Origin: Mobula hypostoma | Taxonomy: Eukaryota | NCBI RefSeq assembly: GCF_963921235.1 | Contig: NC_086097.1 | Coordinates: 251,784,001 to 251,848,000 of the forward strand | Direction of reading: 5' to 3' | Length of the DNA stretch: 64,000 nt | Shown here: positions 25,636 to 39,489 of the stretch, in pieces | Layout of the letters: every line of letters starts with the position of its first letter | Position numbering within the stretch: position 1 is the stretch's first letter | The notes under the pieces: model-generated | What the model was told of the DNA's origin: nothing | The model's input: the letters and a program-made list of their open reading frames with translations, nothing else | Database searches by the model: none | Program-made: the position numbers and the translations under genes

Positions 25636-26534
25636 ATACTTGGAGGGCTTGGATGAGGAAGTGGAAGGGTGGGCTAATAAGTTTGCAGATGACAGGAAAG
25701 CAGCATCCATCATCAGGAAGTTGGTGGAACTGTGAATAGTGTAGAAGGCTACAGGATGTAGTGCTGGGCTGAGAATTGGCAGATGCATTTCAAACCAGAA
25801 GACGTGAAGTGATTCACTTTGGAAAGTTGAATTGGAAGGCAGAATACAGAGTTAATGGCAGGACTCTTAGCAGTGTGGAGGAACAGAGGGATTGTGGGGT
25901 CCTATGTCCATAGATCCCTCAAAGATGCCACACAAGTTGAGAAGATGGTTAAGAAGGCATATGGTGTGTTAACCTTATCAAATATTGAAACTAATCAAAT
26001 ATTGAAAGGGCTAGATAGAGTGAATGTAGAGAGGATGTTTCCTATCGTGTGGGAGAGTCTGGGACCAGAGGGCACATCTTCAGAATAAAGGGACACCCAA
26101 TTGGAACAGAGATGAAGGAGAATTCCTTTTAGCCAGAGGGTGGTGAATCTGTGGAATTTATTGCCACAGACAGTTGTGGAGGCCAAGTCATTGTGTATAT
26201 TTAAAGTGAAAATTGATCGAGTCTTGATTAGTCAGGGGATCAAAGATTACAGGTAGAAGGCAGGAGAATGGGATTCAGAGGGATAATAAATCATCCATGA
26301 TCAAATGGTAGAGCAGACTTGATGGGCTGAATGGCCTAATTCTGTTCCCATATTCTATGGTCATATGGTCTCATGGGTCAGGCGCAACATCACCTGACCC
26401 ACACTTAGTTTCTGACTACTGCATTTCGTGCATCTCTCCGTTGTCAAGGGTCAAAGTTTGCATGTCCTGTAATTAACCAATGCATCCCTTTAACCTTTCT
26501 GATGAGAATGTTCTGCCTCAATATGGGAAGGGCT

Positions 26535-26782
26535 GTGGTGATGACCCACTCCCGACAGTACTGTTGTGGCGATGACCCACTCCCGACAGTACTGTTGTGG
26601 CGATGACCCACTCCCGACAGTACTGTTGTGGCGATGACCCACTCCCGATAGTACTGTTGTGGTGATGACCCACTCCCGACAGTACTGTTGTGGTGATGAC
26701 CCACTCCCGACAGTACTGTTGTGGCGATGACCCACTCCCGACAGTACTGTTGTGGCGATGACCCACTCCCGATAGTACTGTT
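26535..26782. repeat. 31-bp minisatellite, 8 copies
   Basis: GTGGYGATGACCCACTCCCGAYAGTACTGTT x8, no spacers. Confidence 0.97.
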
Positions 26783-28624
26783 GTGGCAGCAAGAACAAAT
26801 GAAGAGCAGATATTTTAAACCAATGATCCCAAAGCCTCAGTCGAGGACACCTTCAAAAGACAATGCCTCAAAAAGGCAGCATCCACTATTCAGGATGCTC
26901 ATCACCCAGGACTTGCCCTCTCCTCATTGTTGCCATCAAAGAGGAGACTCAGGAGACTGAAGACACACACTCAATGTTTTAGGAGCAGCATCTCCCCAGC
27001 ATTGGATTTCTGAACGGCCCATGAATTTATGAACACTACCTTGTTATTCCACTTTTGCATGAGTTAACACAGAGTTTCTGCAGATGCTGGAAATCCAGAG
27101 TAACACATACAAAATGCTGGAGGAATTCAGCAGGTCAGGCAGCAACCAAGGAGAGAAAAAAAGTTGACTTTCTGAGCCAAAACCTTTCATTGGGCCCAGT
27201 ATTGAACTGTACTGCTGGTACAAAACAAATTTCACAACATATTGTATGTCTGTGATGTTATTTTTTATTTTATTTTATTGAGATACAGCTGGAAGTAGGC
27301 CCTTCCAGACAATTAAACACCACACCACCCATCAACCCCTGGTTTAACCCTCGCCTAATCACAGGACAATTCTACCGACCGGTATGTCTGAAATGGGGGA
27401 GGAAACCGGAGCTCCCAGAGGAAACCCACACAGTGACGGGGAGAGACATACAACTCCTTACAGGCTGGTGTAATGTGAACAAAATCACTGGAGAGACACA
27501 GCTGACAGACATGAAATAGTCTTTTATTCAACAAAATGAGACACAGGCATCATACTGAGGCCCCTTCAGAGGAAGAGGCCTGCTCCACCCAACATTACAT
27601 GTCATTGTATATGCTAAAGATCAAAAGGAAATTCTATATTTGCAATGTATATACAATGCTTCCTTTAAATTACATATAACTTTCACACCACCTTCTTCAC
27701 ACCCACACACCAGACAACCAAAGCCAATGTTAATCCGCGTTGTCTGGTTTTTCAGTTAACGGCTCTAGGAACCTATTGTCCAGAGCTGCATTTTAAATTT
27801 AATCTCTAGTCCATGATCAGGTCTGAAGTTAGTTGCTGAAGTTAATATTTTGCTATATAACCTAACTTCAGAATACAGGCAGCAGTGAGAAATGAACCCA
27901 GGTGGCTGTTAAAGCATTTTGCTCACCACAATGCTACCATGCCAACCACGAAGTTTAAAACCTGATTCTGATTCTGAATAGTTCAGAGCAAATTCTAAAG
28001 CCTTTCTTTTGCTTTAACAGGAAGTGTACAGAAATGCAGTATTCTGTCTTTCCATCTTAAATGAGGAAGTCATATAAAGTGAGATTGTTTGAGATCAATA
28101 GTATGTTAGAAATCGACAGCCAAATTAAAGCCATTTTTGCAGAGGGTGATGCAGATTGGGTAAACAACAAAGGCACAGATTTTCTGACAAGACTTTCTTT
28201 GAGGAAACGCCCTGGAGCCGCCTTAAGCCCACTCTCAAGCTGTTGCGCTCCTGATTAATAGACTTGCTCTCTTCCAATATGGGCACCATCTGTGAATCCA
28301 CACATGAAAATGCCAGTAATCCTGTCGTGTAATACTCCTGCTTGGACCAAGTGCTGACACTTTCTGAGCTGATTTTAATGAAATTATTTGTCATATGGTC
28401 TGGGCAATTATTTTTCTTTTGCTTGATTGAATTTGGTTAAGGAATTTTTTTTAGTCAAGATTCAAGATGCTAGACAGTTTAATGCAATTCCTGTACACAA
28501 GTGTAAGGAAAATGAAATAATTGTTTCTCCAGATCTGATACGGCACAAAAAAAATCCTACAAAAGTTAAAAAATATAATAATAATAATGATAATAATGAC
28601 AAATTTCAGAAAATATTACATAGA

Positions 28625-29660
28625 TTCAAATGCACTTAGATTAACACTACCTAGGACAGAAGTGGGAAAAGGAATAAGAGACATTAAAAATCTACACAAC
28701 AGTTAGATAAATCTTCTAAGGATAGACTTTCAACAATGAAAACAGGAATCTGCACTCCACGCAAGCGTGTGCATTTCTGATAAGAAGTAAATACACCACT
28801 GAACTTAAATGTGACTACGACTCAGGAAAATGAAGACATTATCATTATTGAAGAAAACATTAACCAATGGAAGAGCACGACCTCCATGGAAGACATCCCC
28901 ATGATCTGAGCAGACTAGATGTCAACAAGGAAGCGTCAAACGCCTGACTCAGAGTTGGAGACCTCTTCCCAGAAGCACAAAGGTTCCTTGTAGCAATAAC
29001 ACAAAAAAAATCAAAAATGCATAATAGAAGTCCAGCAAGTTCAAGAGATAAATATAGACAATGCCAAGAGAAACCAAAAACAATCCAACACATTACAGGA
29101 TCCTGTAGCAGTTTAACGCACTCTTACACAGACACAATCAAGTGGCAAACGTCATTCACCAACATCTTGCTTTAAAATACAAACTCTTAAAAGAAATCAT
29201 ACCTTACTATAAATACAAGCCTGATCAAGCTTCAGAGTCAGAATATCACAAATTATATTACGACCAATCTGTTATTACAGATAGGGCAATCCATAATAAC
29301 TGTCTGGATATAATAATACAGAATAAACAAGCAAGAACAACTTATTTAATAGATAGAATCATTCCAAACACACATAACTTACAGAATTCAATAAGTGAAA
29401 AACACCAGAAATATGCTGAATTAAAAGAGGAAATTGAAAGACTATGGAACATGAAGAGGGTATACATTGTCCCGATAGTGATATCTACAACTGATGTCAT
29501 CCCAAAGGCACTACACAATGGCATTAAACAATTAGGGGTATACAGCAATATTTATATAAATCTCCATAAAGCCACAATACTAAACACCACTAGAATAGTC
29601 TGTAAGTTCCTAGCAACTGAGAAATGAGTGTGGTTACCAACCTGAGCTGAGAAAAAATAA
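28625..29660 (+). mobile_element. R4/Dong-like (restriction-like endonuclease) non-LTR retrotransposon 3' relic
   Basis: Degenerate zinc knuckle RQCQEKPKTIQHITGSC, RHNQVANVIHQHLA, PD-(D/E)xK-like region TDRAIHNNCLDIII...YLID...EKHQKY...VPIVISTT; TAA-repeat tail. Confidence 0.75.
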
Positions 29661-30645
29661 TAATAAAACACAATAAATATAAATACATAAGAAAGATTCT
29701 ATAAATAGATTGATTGTATGTTTATAATGTATGGCTAGGTTGTACATAAGGTGACTGACAGGAAATAATAAAGTCGTGGGTGGAGGTGTTGGTCAGCCTT
29801 CCTGCTTAGGGAAAGTAACTGTGAGATATCTAAGTAAGTGAACAAGCATGAGAAAAAGAATTCTGGGCGTAATCACGTCGTATCTCAAAGTTCAAAGGAA
29901 ATTTGTTATCAAAGTACAAATATGTCACCTTCTACTACGCTGTGATTCATTTCCTTGTGGGCATTCACAGTAATTACAGAGTGTAGCGTTTTGAGTTCAG
30001 GAGAAATACACTCAGTGGCCACTTTATCAGGGACATCTGTACCCCTGCTCATTGAAAGTTCAAAGTAAAGTTTACTATTAAAGTACATTTATGTTGCCAT
30101 ATACAACTCTGAGATTCATTGTCCTGTGGGCATACTCAGCAAATCTATGGAACAGTAACCGTAACAGAGTCAATGAAAAATAAAATATGGTGCAGAAGAC
30201 AACTAACTGTGTAAATGCAAATATAAATAAATAGCAATAAATAATGAGGAATTGAGATAATGAGATAAAGAATTCTTAAAGTGAGATCATTGATTGTAGG
30301 AACATGTCAATGCATGGGTAAGTGAGTGTAGTTATCCCCTTTTGTTCAAGAGCCTGATGATTAAGGGATAATAACTGTTCTTAAACCTGGTGGTGTAAGT
30401 CCTGAGGCACTTGTACCTTCTACCTGATGGCAACAGCAAGAAAAGAGCATGGCCTTGGTGCCAGGTGATGAACTACTTGACCGACTTCACATGCGTGACC
30501 TCGTCAAAGGCCTTGCTAAAGTCCATGTAGACAATACGGACTGCCTCACTTTCTCAACTTTACTGGTAACTTTCTCGAAAATAAGGTCTCTATAAGACTG
30601 GTTATAAGGTCTGCCACACACAAAGCCATGCTGACTATCCTTAAT

Positions 30646-33600
30646 CATAAGACCATAAGACATAGGAGCAGAATTAGGCCATCTGGCCCATTGAGGCTGC
30701 TCCACCATTCAATCATGGCTGATCCTTTGTTTTAATCTCCTCCTCAACCCCAGTTCCCGGCCTTCTCCCCATAACCTTTGATGCCATGTCCATTCAAGAA
30801 CCTATCTATCTCTGCCTTAAGTATACCCAACGACCTGGCCTCCACAGCTGCATGTGGCAACAAATTCCACAAATTCACCACCCTTTGGCTAAAGAAGACC
30901 TCTTGAAATGAATGCTAACATGGCATTTGCCTTCCTCACCACTGACTCAACCTGCAAGTTAACCTTCAGGGTGTTCTGCACAAGGACTCCCAAGTCCCTC
31001 TGCATCTCAGATTCCTGGATTTTCTCCCCATTTAGAAAACAGTCCACACATTTAATTCTACTACCAAAGCGCATGACCATGCATTTTCCAACATTGTATT
31101 TCATTTGCTACTTTCTTGCCCATTCTCCTAATCTGTCGAAGTCCTTCTGCATCCTACCTGTTTCCTCAGCACTAGCTGTCCCTCCACCAATCTTCGTATC
31201 ATCTGCAAACTTGGCAACAAAGTCATCTATTCCATCATCTAAATCATTTATATACAGCATAAAAAGAAGCGGTGCCAACAACGACCGCTGCAGAACATCA
31301 CTAGTCACTGGCAGCCAACTAGAAAAGGATCCTTTTATTCCCGCTCACTGCCTCCTACCAATCATCCAATGCTCTAACCATGTTAGTAACTTTACTGTAA
31401 TACCATGGGCTCTTAACTTGGTAAGAAGCCTCATGTGTGGCACTTTGTCAAAGGCCCTCCTGATTTCTTTCTTAAGTGTTCCCTTGCATTTTTTATATTC
31501 CACAAGCTCCTCATTTGTTCCTACCTGCCAACACCTGCCATGCTCCTCCTTCTTTTACGTAACCAGGACCTCAATATCTCTCGAAAACCAATGTCCCCTT
31601 CACTTGTTATCCCTACCTTTTATTGTGGCAGGCACATACAAGCTTTGTACTCTCAACATTTCACTTTTGTTGGCCTCCTACTTACCAAGTACACCTTTAC
31701 CAGAAAACATCCTGTCCCAATCTAAACTTTCCAGATCTTTCCGATACCATCAATATTGACCTTTCTCCAGTTTAGAATCTCTACCCGAGGACCAGACCTA
31801 TCTTTTTCCATAATTACTTTGAAACTAATGGCATTGTGATCACTAGATGCAAAGTGTTCCCCTACACAAAATTCTGTCACCTGCCCTGTCACATTACCTG
31901 ATAGCAGATCAGGTATCACACACTCTGTCATTGGGACTTCTAGGTACCGATGAAGGAAAGTTCCCTGAACACATTTGAAAAACATTTTTCCATGCCAGCT
32001 CTTTTACAGTATAGGAGTCCCAGTCAATATGTAGAAAGTTAAAATCACCTGCTAGCACAGCTTTATGTTTCTTGCAACAGTCTGTGATCTCTTTACAAAC
32101 TTGTTCCTCTAAATCCAATGGACTGTTGTGTACTCTGTAATGCAATCCCAATAATATGGGATTCTGTAATGTAGGAATGTCATGTAATCCCAGTAATAAA
32201 GGTATCCCAATACCTTTCATATTAGAACATAAAAATCTACAGTACATTACAGGCCCTTTGACCCACAATGTTGTGCTGACCATATAACCTACTCTAGAGA
32301 CTGCCTAGAATTTCCCTTGTACATAGCCCTCTATCTTCTAAACTCCATGTACCTTTCTAAGAAGCTGTTAAAAGACCATATTGTATCCACTTCCACTGCT
32401 GCTGCCGGCAGTACATTCCATGCATCCACCACTGTGTGAAAAATTTACCCCTGACATCCCCTCAGTACCTATTTCCAAGCGCCTTAAAACTATGGCCTCT
32501 CGTATTAGCCATTCCAGCCCTGGGAAAAAGCCTCTGGCTATCCACATGATCAATGCCTCACGTCATCTTACACACCTCTCATCATCTTATATGTATTCCT
32601 CTGTTCTACCCATAAAGCCTCATTAGAAGAGTTCTCCAGACTGTCATGGCTGACCACTACCATGACATTTTCCCTGGCTAGTAATGCCACCCCTCCTCCT
32701 TTAAAACCTGCCGCTCTATCCCATTTAAAACAGAACTCTGGAATATTGAGCTGCGAGTCCTGCCCCTCCTACAACTAGGTTTCACTAATGGCTACAATAT
32801 CATAATTCCATGCCCTGAGCTCATCTGCCTTTTTTACGTTGCTTCTTGCATTGAAATATAACATTAGTCCCACCATGCCCGACCTTTTGATTCCTGGCTT
32901 AGTATGTAGGCTTAACAGCATTTATTTCTACAATCTCTCCACTATCTGTTCTGGTACTCTGGGTCCCATCCACCTGCAACTCTAGTTTAAACCACCCTGT
33001 GCAGAATTAACAAACCTTCCCACCAGGATATTAGTCTCCATCCAGTTCAGGTACAAACCCTCCCCTCTGTACAGTCCCCACCCTCCCTGGAAGAGAGCCC
33101 AATGATCCAGAAATCTGAAGACTGTATAATCTTCCTAGTTCTGACCTCACTAGCACGTGGCACAGGCAGCAATCCTGCGATCACAACCCTGGAGCTCCTG
33201 CCCTTTAACTTAGCACCTAACTCTCTAAACTCCCTATGTAGAACCTCGTCACTTGTCCTACCCATGTCATTGGTACCTACATGGACCATGACCTCTGGCT
33301 GTTCACCCTCCCACTTAAGAATGCTGTGGACTCGATTTGAGATGTCCCTGACACTGGCACTCGGGAATCAATATACCTTCTTACAAGCTCTTCTTTCAGT
33401 TAGTCCTGACGAAGGGTTTCGGCCCGAAACGTCGACTGTACCTCTTCCTAGAGATGCTGCGTTCATCAGCAACTTTTGTGTGTGGGAATCGCGTTTTCAA
33501 ACACATATCCTCCTTTCTGTTCTGCTAACCAACAAATCCCCTGTCACTACAGCATGCCTCTTCTTCCCCTTTCCCTCCTGAGCCACAGAGCCAGACTCAG

Positions 33601-33830
33601 TGTCAGAGACCTGACCGCTGTGGCTTTCCTGTGGCGGGTCATTCCCACCTCCCCGCCAACAGTATCCCGAGAGGTATACCTGTTGTTGAGGGGAGCAGCC
33701 ACGGGGGTATTCTGCAGTTGCTGCTGCTCGACTTTCCTCCTCCTGACGATCACCCAGTCACCTACGTCCTGCACTCTGAGAGTAACTACATCCCTGTATG
33801 AGTTGTCCATCAACCCCTTCAGCCTCCTCA
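30646..33830 (-). mobile_element. Mosaic of decayed CR1 pieces (RT, endonuclease, ORF1 esterase)
   Basis: AKFADD, SSDHNAISF, GDFNF, VHVGTND; ORF1 end GGTTTAAACTAG at 32993-32982. Confidence 0.85.
33402..33437 (+). ncRNA. Minimal hammerhead in a solo Penelope terminal fragment (~33385-33480)
   Basis: AGTCCTGACGAAGGGTTTCGGCCCGAAACGTCGACT. Confidence 0.85.
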
Positions 33831-33832
33831 AT

Positions 33833-35700
33833 GAACCAGAATCAGAATCGGGTTTATTATCACCGGCAAGTGTTGTGAAATTTGTTAACCTAGCAGCAGC
33901 AGTTCAATGCAATACATAATATAGAAGAAGAAGAAAAGAATAATAATAAATAGATAAATTACTGTATATGTTTATTGAATAGATTAAAAATCGTGCAAAA
34001 CAGAAATAATATATATTAAAAAGTGAGGTAGTGTTCACGGGTTCAATGTCCATTTAGGAATCGGATGGCAGAGGGGAAGAAGCTGTTCCTGAATCGCTGA
34101 GTGTGTGCCTTCAAACTTCTGTACCCCCTACCCATGGTAACAATGAGAAAAGGGCATGCCCTGGGTGCTGGAGGTCCTTAATAATGGACGCTGCCTTTCT
34201 GAGACACCGCTCCTTGAAGATGTCCTGGGTACTTTGTAGGTTAGCACCAAAGATGGAGCCGACTAAATTTACAACCCTCTGCAGCTTCTTTCAGTCCTGT
34301 GCCCCTCCATACCAGACAGTGATGCAACCTATCTGAATGCTCTCTATGGTGCATCTAGAAGTTTTTGAGTGTTTCTGCTGACATGCCAAATCTCTTCAAA
34401 CCCCTAATGAAGTATAGTCACTGTCTTGCCTTCTTTATAACTACATCGACATGTTGGAACCAGGTTAGGTCCTCAGAGATCTTGACACTCAGGAACTTGA
34501 AACTGCTCACTCTCTCCACTTCTGATCCCTCTATGAGGATTCGTATATGTTCCTTCATCTTACCCTTCCTGAAGTCCACAATTAGCTCTTTCATCTTACT
34601 GACGTTGACTGCCAGGTTGTTGCTGTGACACCACTCCACTAGTTGGCATATCTCACTCCTGTACGCCCTCTCATCACCATCTGAAATTCTACCAACAATG
34701 GCGGTATCATCAGCAAATTTATAGATAGTATTTGAGTTATTCCTAGCCACACAGTCTTAGGTATAGAACAGTGGGCTAAGCACACACCCCTGAGCTGCAC
34801 CAGTGTTGATCGTCAGTGAGGAGGAGATGTTATCACCAATCCGCACAGATTGTGGCCTTCCGGTTAGGAAGCTGAGGAACCAATTGCAGAGGGAGGTACA
34901 GAGGCTCAGGTTCTGTAACATATCAATCAGGATTGTGGGAATGATGATGTTGAATGCTGAGCTATAGTCGATGAGCAGCATCCTGACATAGGTGTTTGTA
35001 TTGTCCAGATGGTCTCAGGCTGGGGTAAAGAGCCATTGAGATTGCATCTGCCATTGACCTATTGTGGCGATAGGCAAATTGCAATGGGTCCAGGTCCTTG
35101 CTGAGGCAGGAGTTCAGTCTAGTCTTGACCACTCTCTCAAAGCATTTCATCACTGTCGATGTGAATGCTACTGGGGGATAGTCATTAAGGCAGCCCACAT
35201 TATTCTTCTTAGGCACTGGTATAATTGTTGCCTTTTTGAAGCAAGTGGGAATTTCCGCCCATAGCAGTGAGAGGTTGAAAATGTCCTTGAACACGCCCGC
35301 CAGTTGGTTGGCACAGGTTTTCAGAGCCTGACCAGGTACTCCATCAGAGCCTTCCGCCTTGCGAGGGTTCACTCTCTTTAAAGACAGACTAACATCAGCC
35401 TCTGAGACAGAGATCACTGGGTGCAGCAGGGATCTTCACAGCTGTAGTTATATTCTCCTTTTCAAAGTGGGCATAGAAGGCGTTGAGTTCATCTGGTAGT
35501 GAAACATCACTGCCATTCATGCTATTGAGTTTTGCTTTGTAGGAAGAAATGTCTTGCAAACCCTGCCAGAGTTGTTGTACATCCGATGTTGCCTCCAACC
35601 TCGTTCGAAATTGTCTCTCCGCCATTGAAATAGCCCTCCACAAGTCATACCTGGTTTTCTGGTACGGACCTGGGTCACCGGACTTGAATGCCTCAGAATG
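33833..35700 (-). mobile_element. Rex1/Babar LINE, 5'-truncated and decayed
   Basis: [61 protein letters not shown]; (GATTCT)n tail. Confidence 0.92.
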
Positions 35701-36028
35701 CCAGAGTTCATCAGTGCTCAATTTCCTTAACGCGGAGCGTTAGAAGCTACGGCTGGATGTGCTTCTTACAGGTGTAGTCTTCAGGGACTCGAGAGGTCTC
35801 CCTGCCTTCCCACATCTGCAAGAGGAGCTTTCCACTATACAGCCTGGCACTCTCACTGCTCTAAACATGCAATAAGAAAGAAAGAAAAAACAAGCAACAA
35901 AAAAAATTATCTACAGCCTCCATCACTCTTCAGCAAAGCCTTGATGAGCCAAATTCTCTAATCCCCACTTTAACATTGGCCCACTCTCACAATAGCTGCT
36001 CTGCTTAAATCTAACTTCTTTTTATCAG

Positions 36029-36221
36029 AGCAACACACACAAAATGCTGGAGGAACTCAGCAGGCCAGACAGCATCTATGGAAAAGAGTAAACAGATATT
36101 GTTTCAGGCCAAGGTGTCGACTGTTTACTCTTTTCCATAGATGCTGCCTGGCCTGCTGAGTTCCTCCAGCATCTTGTGTGTGTTGCTTGGATTTCCAGCA
36201 TCTGCAGATTTTCTCTTGTTT
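36029..36221. mobile_element. Penelope pLTR-derived fold-back element
   Basis: ~67-bp near-perfect inverted arms at 36029-36096 and 36121-36187. Confidence 0.85.
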
Positions 36222-36529
36222 CGTTTTATTGGACCTTGCCAAGTGCCTAATTATCAACAATCAAATGTCTCCTTGGGAACTGGGTACACTAAAATTGCCA
36301 ACTGCCCCCATTTGCTCTTTTGAACTCTCTCTCCTTCTATGCAATGCACTGTCTCCATGGGAACTGTGGCATGAAAAATGTGCGAACTGCCTTTTTAAAC
36401 TCTCTCTCCCGCCTTTTTAAACTCTCTCTCCCGTATTCCAATGTTTCCTCAGGAAATGTGGTGCACAAAAATTTGTTCAGACCAGATATCAGAATGGGGA
36501 AAAATGTAATCTACTCTGTAAGTGATCTT

Positions 36530-37962
36530 AGAAACATAGAAACATAGAAAATAGGTGCAGGAGTAGGCCATTCGGCCCTTCGAGCCTGCACCGCCATTTA
36601 GTATGATCATGGCTGATCATCCAACTCAGAACCCCGCCCCAGCCTTCCCTCCATACCCCCTGACCCCCGTAGCCACAAGGGCCATATCTAACTCCCTCTT
36701 AAATATAGCCAATGAACTGGCCTCAACTGTTTCCTGTGGCAGAGAATTCCACAGATTCACCACTCTCTGTGTGAAGAAGTTTTTCCTAATCTCGGTCCTA
36801 AAAGGCTTCCCCTCTATCCTCAGACTGTGACCCCTCGTTCTGGACTTCCCCAACATCGGGAACAATCTTCCTGCATCTAGCTTGTCCAATCCCTTTAGGA
36901 TCTTATACGTTTCAATCAGATCCCCCCTCAATCTTCTAAATTCCAACGAGTACAAGCCCAGTTCATCCAGTCTTTCTTCATATGAAAGTCCTGCCATCCC
37001 AGGAATCAATCTGGTGAACCTTCTTTGTACTCCCTCTATGGCAAAGATGTCTTTCCTCAGATTAGGGGACCAAAACTGCACACAATACTCCAGGTGTGGT
37101 CTCAACAAGGCCTTGTACAACTGCAGTAGTTCCTCCCTGCTCCTGTACTCGAATCCTCTCGCTATAAATGCCAGCATACCATTCGCCTTTTTCACCGCCT
37201 GCTGTACCTGCATGCCCACTTTCAATGACTGGTGTATAATGACACCCAGGTCTCGTTGCACCTCCCCTTTTCCTAATCGGCCACCATTCAGATAATAATC
37301 TGTTTTCCTATTTTTGCTACCAAAGTGGATAACTTCACATTTATCCACATTAAATTGCATCTGCCATGAATTTGCCCACTCACCCAACCTATCCAAGTCA
37401 CCCTGCATCCTCTTAGCATCCTCCTCACTGCTAACCCTGCCACCCAGCTTCGTGTCATCCGCAAACTTGGAGATGCTGCATTTAATTCCCTCATCCAAGT
37501 CATTAATATATATTGTAAACAACTGGGGTCCCAGCACTGAGCCTTGCGGTACCCCACTAGTCACCGCCTGCCATTCTGAAAAGGTCCCGTTTATTCCCAC
37601 TCTTTGCTTCCTGTCTGCTAACCAATTCTCCACCCACACCAATACCTTACCCCCAATACCGTGTGCTTTAAGTTTGCACACTAATCTCCTGTGTGGGACC
37701 TTGTCAAAAGCCTTTTGAAAATCCAAATATACCACATCCACTGGTTCTCCCCTATCCACTATACTAGTTACATCCTCAAAAAATTCTGAGATTCGTCAGA
37801 CATGATTTTCCTTTCACAAATCCATGCTGACTTTGTCCGATCATTTCACCGTTTTCCAAATGTGCTGTTATCACATCCTTGATAACTGACTCCAGCAGTT
37901 TCCCCACCACCGACGTTAGGCTAACTGGTCTATAATTCCCCGGTTTCTCTCTCCCTCCTTTT
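36530..37962 (-). mobile_element. Young 5'-truncated CR1 inserted in a Tc1 relic; same subfamily as the full-length copy
   Basis: 377-aa open RT C-terminus almost identical to that of ORF2 at 46416-49448; tail (AGAAACAT)n on the + strand. Confidence 0.97.
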
Positions 37963-38829
37963 TGACCATGGAATGATTGTTGGTGCCAGACAGGGTAGTT
38001 TGAGTATCTCAGAAACTGATCACCTGGGATTTTCACACAAAGTAGTATCTAGAGTTTACAAAGGATGGTGGAGAACAAAATAACATCCAGTTCTGTGGGC
38101 GAAAGCACCTTGTTAATGAGAGAGGTCAGAGGGGAATGGCCAGACTGATTCAAGCTAACAGGAAGGTGACAGTAACTCAAATAATGACACGGTGGTGTGC
38201 AGAAGAACATCTGTGAACGCTCAACACCCTTTATGGGGGAAAAGTGATGTTTCAGGTCAAAGACTCCTGGTCAGAACAAACTGTTCTTGACCACATTAGG
38301 GGTGCCAAGGCAGTGCAGTGGTTTGTGAGACTCTGATACAGCTTGGGCCATCGGAGGTTGGAGTTCATTTCCAGAGCTCCCTGTAAGGCGTTTTTGTAAA
38401 CCACGGGTGTTTCCTCCCAAAGGCCAAAGACGTACTGGTAGTTGGTTAATTGGTCATGGTAAATTGTCCTGCGATTAACTGTTGCCCGTTGTATCCAACA
38501 ATGACAGGAGACCTGTGTGGGAAAGTTTTTGAAGTGGAAAAATCATTGCACTGGGGAGCTCCACTCTCTCGACCTCCAGTGGAATGAGTAGTTGTCACAA
38601 ACTGGGTCTACCTTGGTTACAGTGGATGACTGTGACTTTCTCTGTGCCTTGTCATGCCCTTCGCTCTCTACAAAACGTTACAGCATCACTTTCCTGGCCG
38701 TTGGATCTCCCTGTTGATCTCATACGCCCAGTTCACTGGGGCTCACTTGACTTCGCATATTAGGACAGGCATGTTCCTATCTCAACAGGGTAGGAGGAAC
38801 GCCAGCTGTCCTGCAGTTAGGGTAGTGTT

Positions 38830-39205
38830 AAATAGGTGGAGATACATCTCTTCCAAACGAGGTGTAAGGTGCTCCTTCCCTCTGCTAGCCTGTGGGTCAC
38901 CATTGGACAAGGTGTAGCACCTGCTTAGCCCCCCCCCCCCCGATCAGGGTCATGTGAAGTCATGGGAGCAGATGGGGGATGGTTGTACGAGAGGCCGGTG
39001 TATATCACAAGTCCTGCTTATGCGACCACTGACACCAGGGAGACAATCTCAGAAGAGTATTGATAATGGCTGGGATCATGTGTCTGGTAAAGACACTGCC
39101 CAGAAGAAGGCAATGGCAAACCACTTCTGTAGTAAAATTATCCAAGAACAATCATGATCATGGAAAGACCATGATCACCCATGTCACACATAATGAATGA
39201 AGAAA
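38830..39205 (+). mobile_element. RTE/BovB-associated SINE-like repeat
   Basis: GAAGAAGGCAATGGCAAACCACTTCTGTA motif resembling Bov-A/Sauria-type RTE-derived sequence; (ATGA)n tail. Confidence 0.55.
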
Positions 39206-39358
39206 CTAAGTAGGTGGGTTTCTGGGCGGTGCGTCTCATTGGCCCGGAAGGGCCTGTTCCACACTGCATCTCTAATTAAATAAATCAGACAGGTCAAACA
39301 AATTCCATGTTATCCTGCTTAGTTTCTGATTTCCACTGTTGTCTGATCTTTTTTCCAG

Positions 39359-39470
39359 GTGGTAATCCACATCACTGATGAAAACGACTGCACGCCGGAG
39401 TTCCTGCATTCTATCTACAGCTGTGATAACATTCCTGAGAACATTCCCATTGGAACCTCTTTGCTGCAAG
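39359..39470 (+). CDS. Cadherin gene exon C
   Basis: ttttttccag|GTG acceptor, AAG|gttgta donor; VVIHITDENDCTPEFLHSIYSCDNIPENIPIGTSLLQ with the DxNDxxPxF motif; phase 0 in, phase 1 out. Confidence 0.92.
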
Positions 39471-39489
39471 GTTGTACATACGTTTCTTA

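Noticed and set aside
26535..26782. CRISPR-like 31-bp repeats with an internal palindrome (ACAGTACTGT)
   Set aside because: Head-to-tail copies with no spacers, no cas genes, eukaryotic context
27466..27875. ~410-bp insert in a V-SINE flanked by CAGGC, possibly an LTR
   Set aside because: Termini are not a clean TG...CA pair; could not be classified
30908..31759. 283-aa ORF and similar long ORFs (46781-47557, 48779-49471, 56406-57137)
   Set aside because: Antisense shadows of CR1 ORF2
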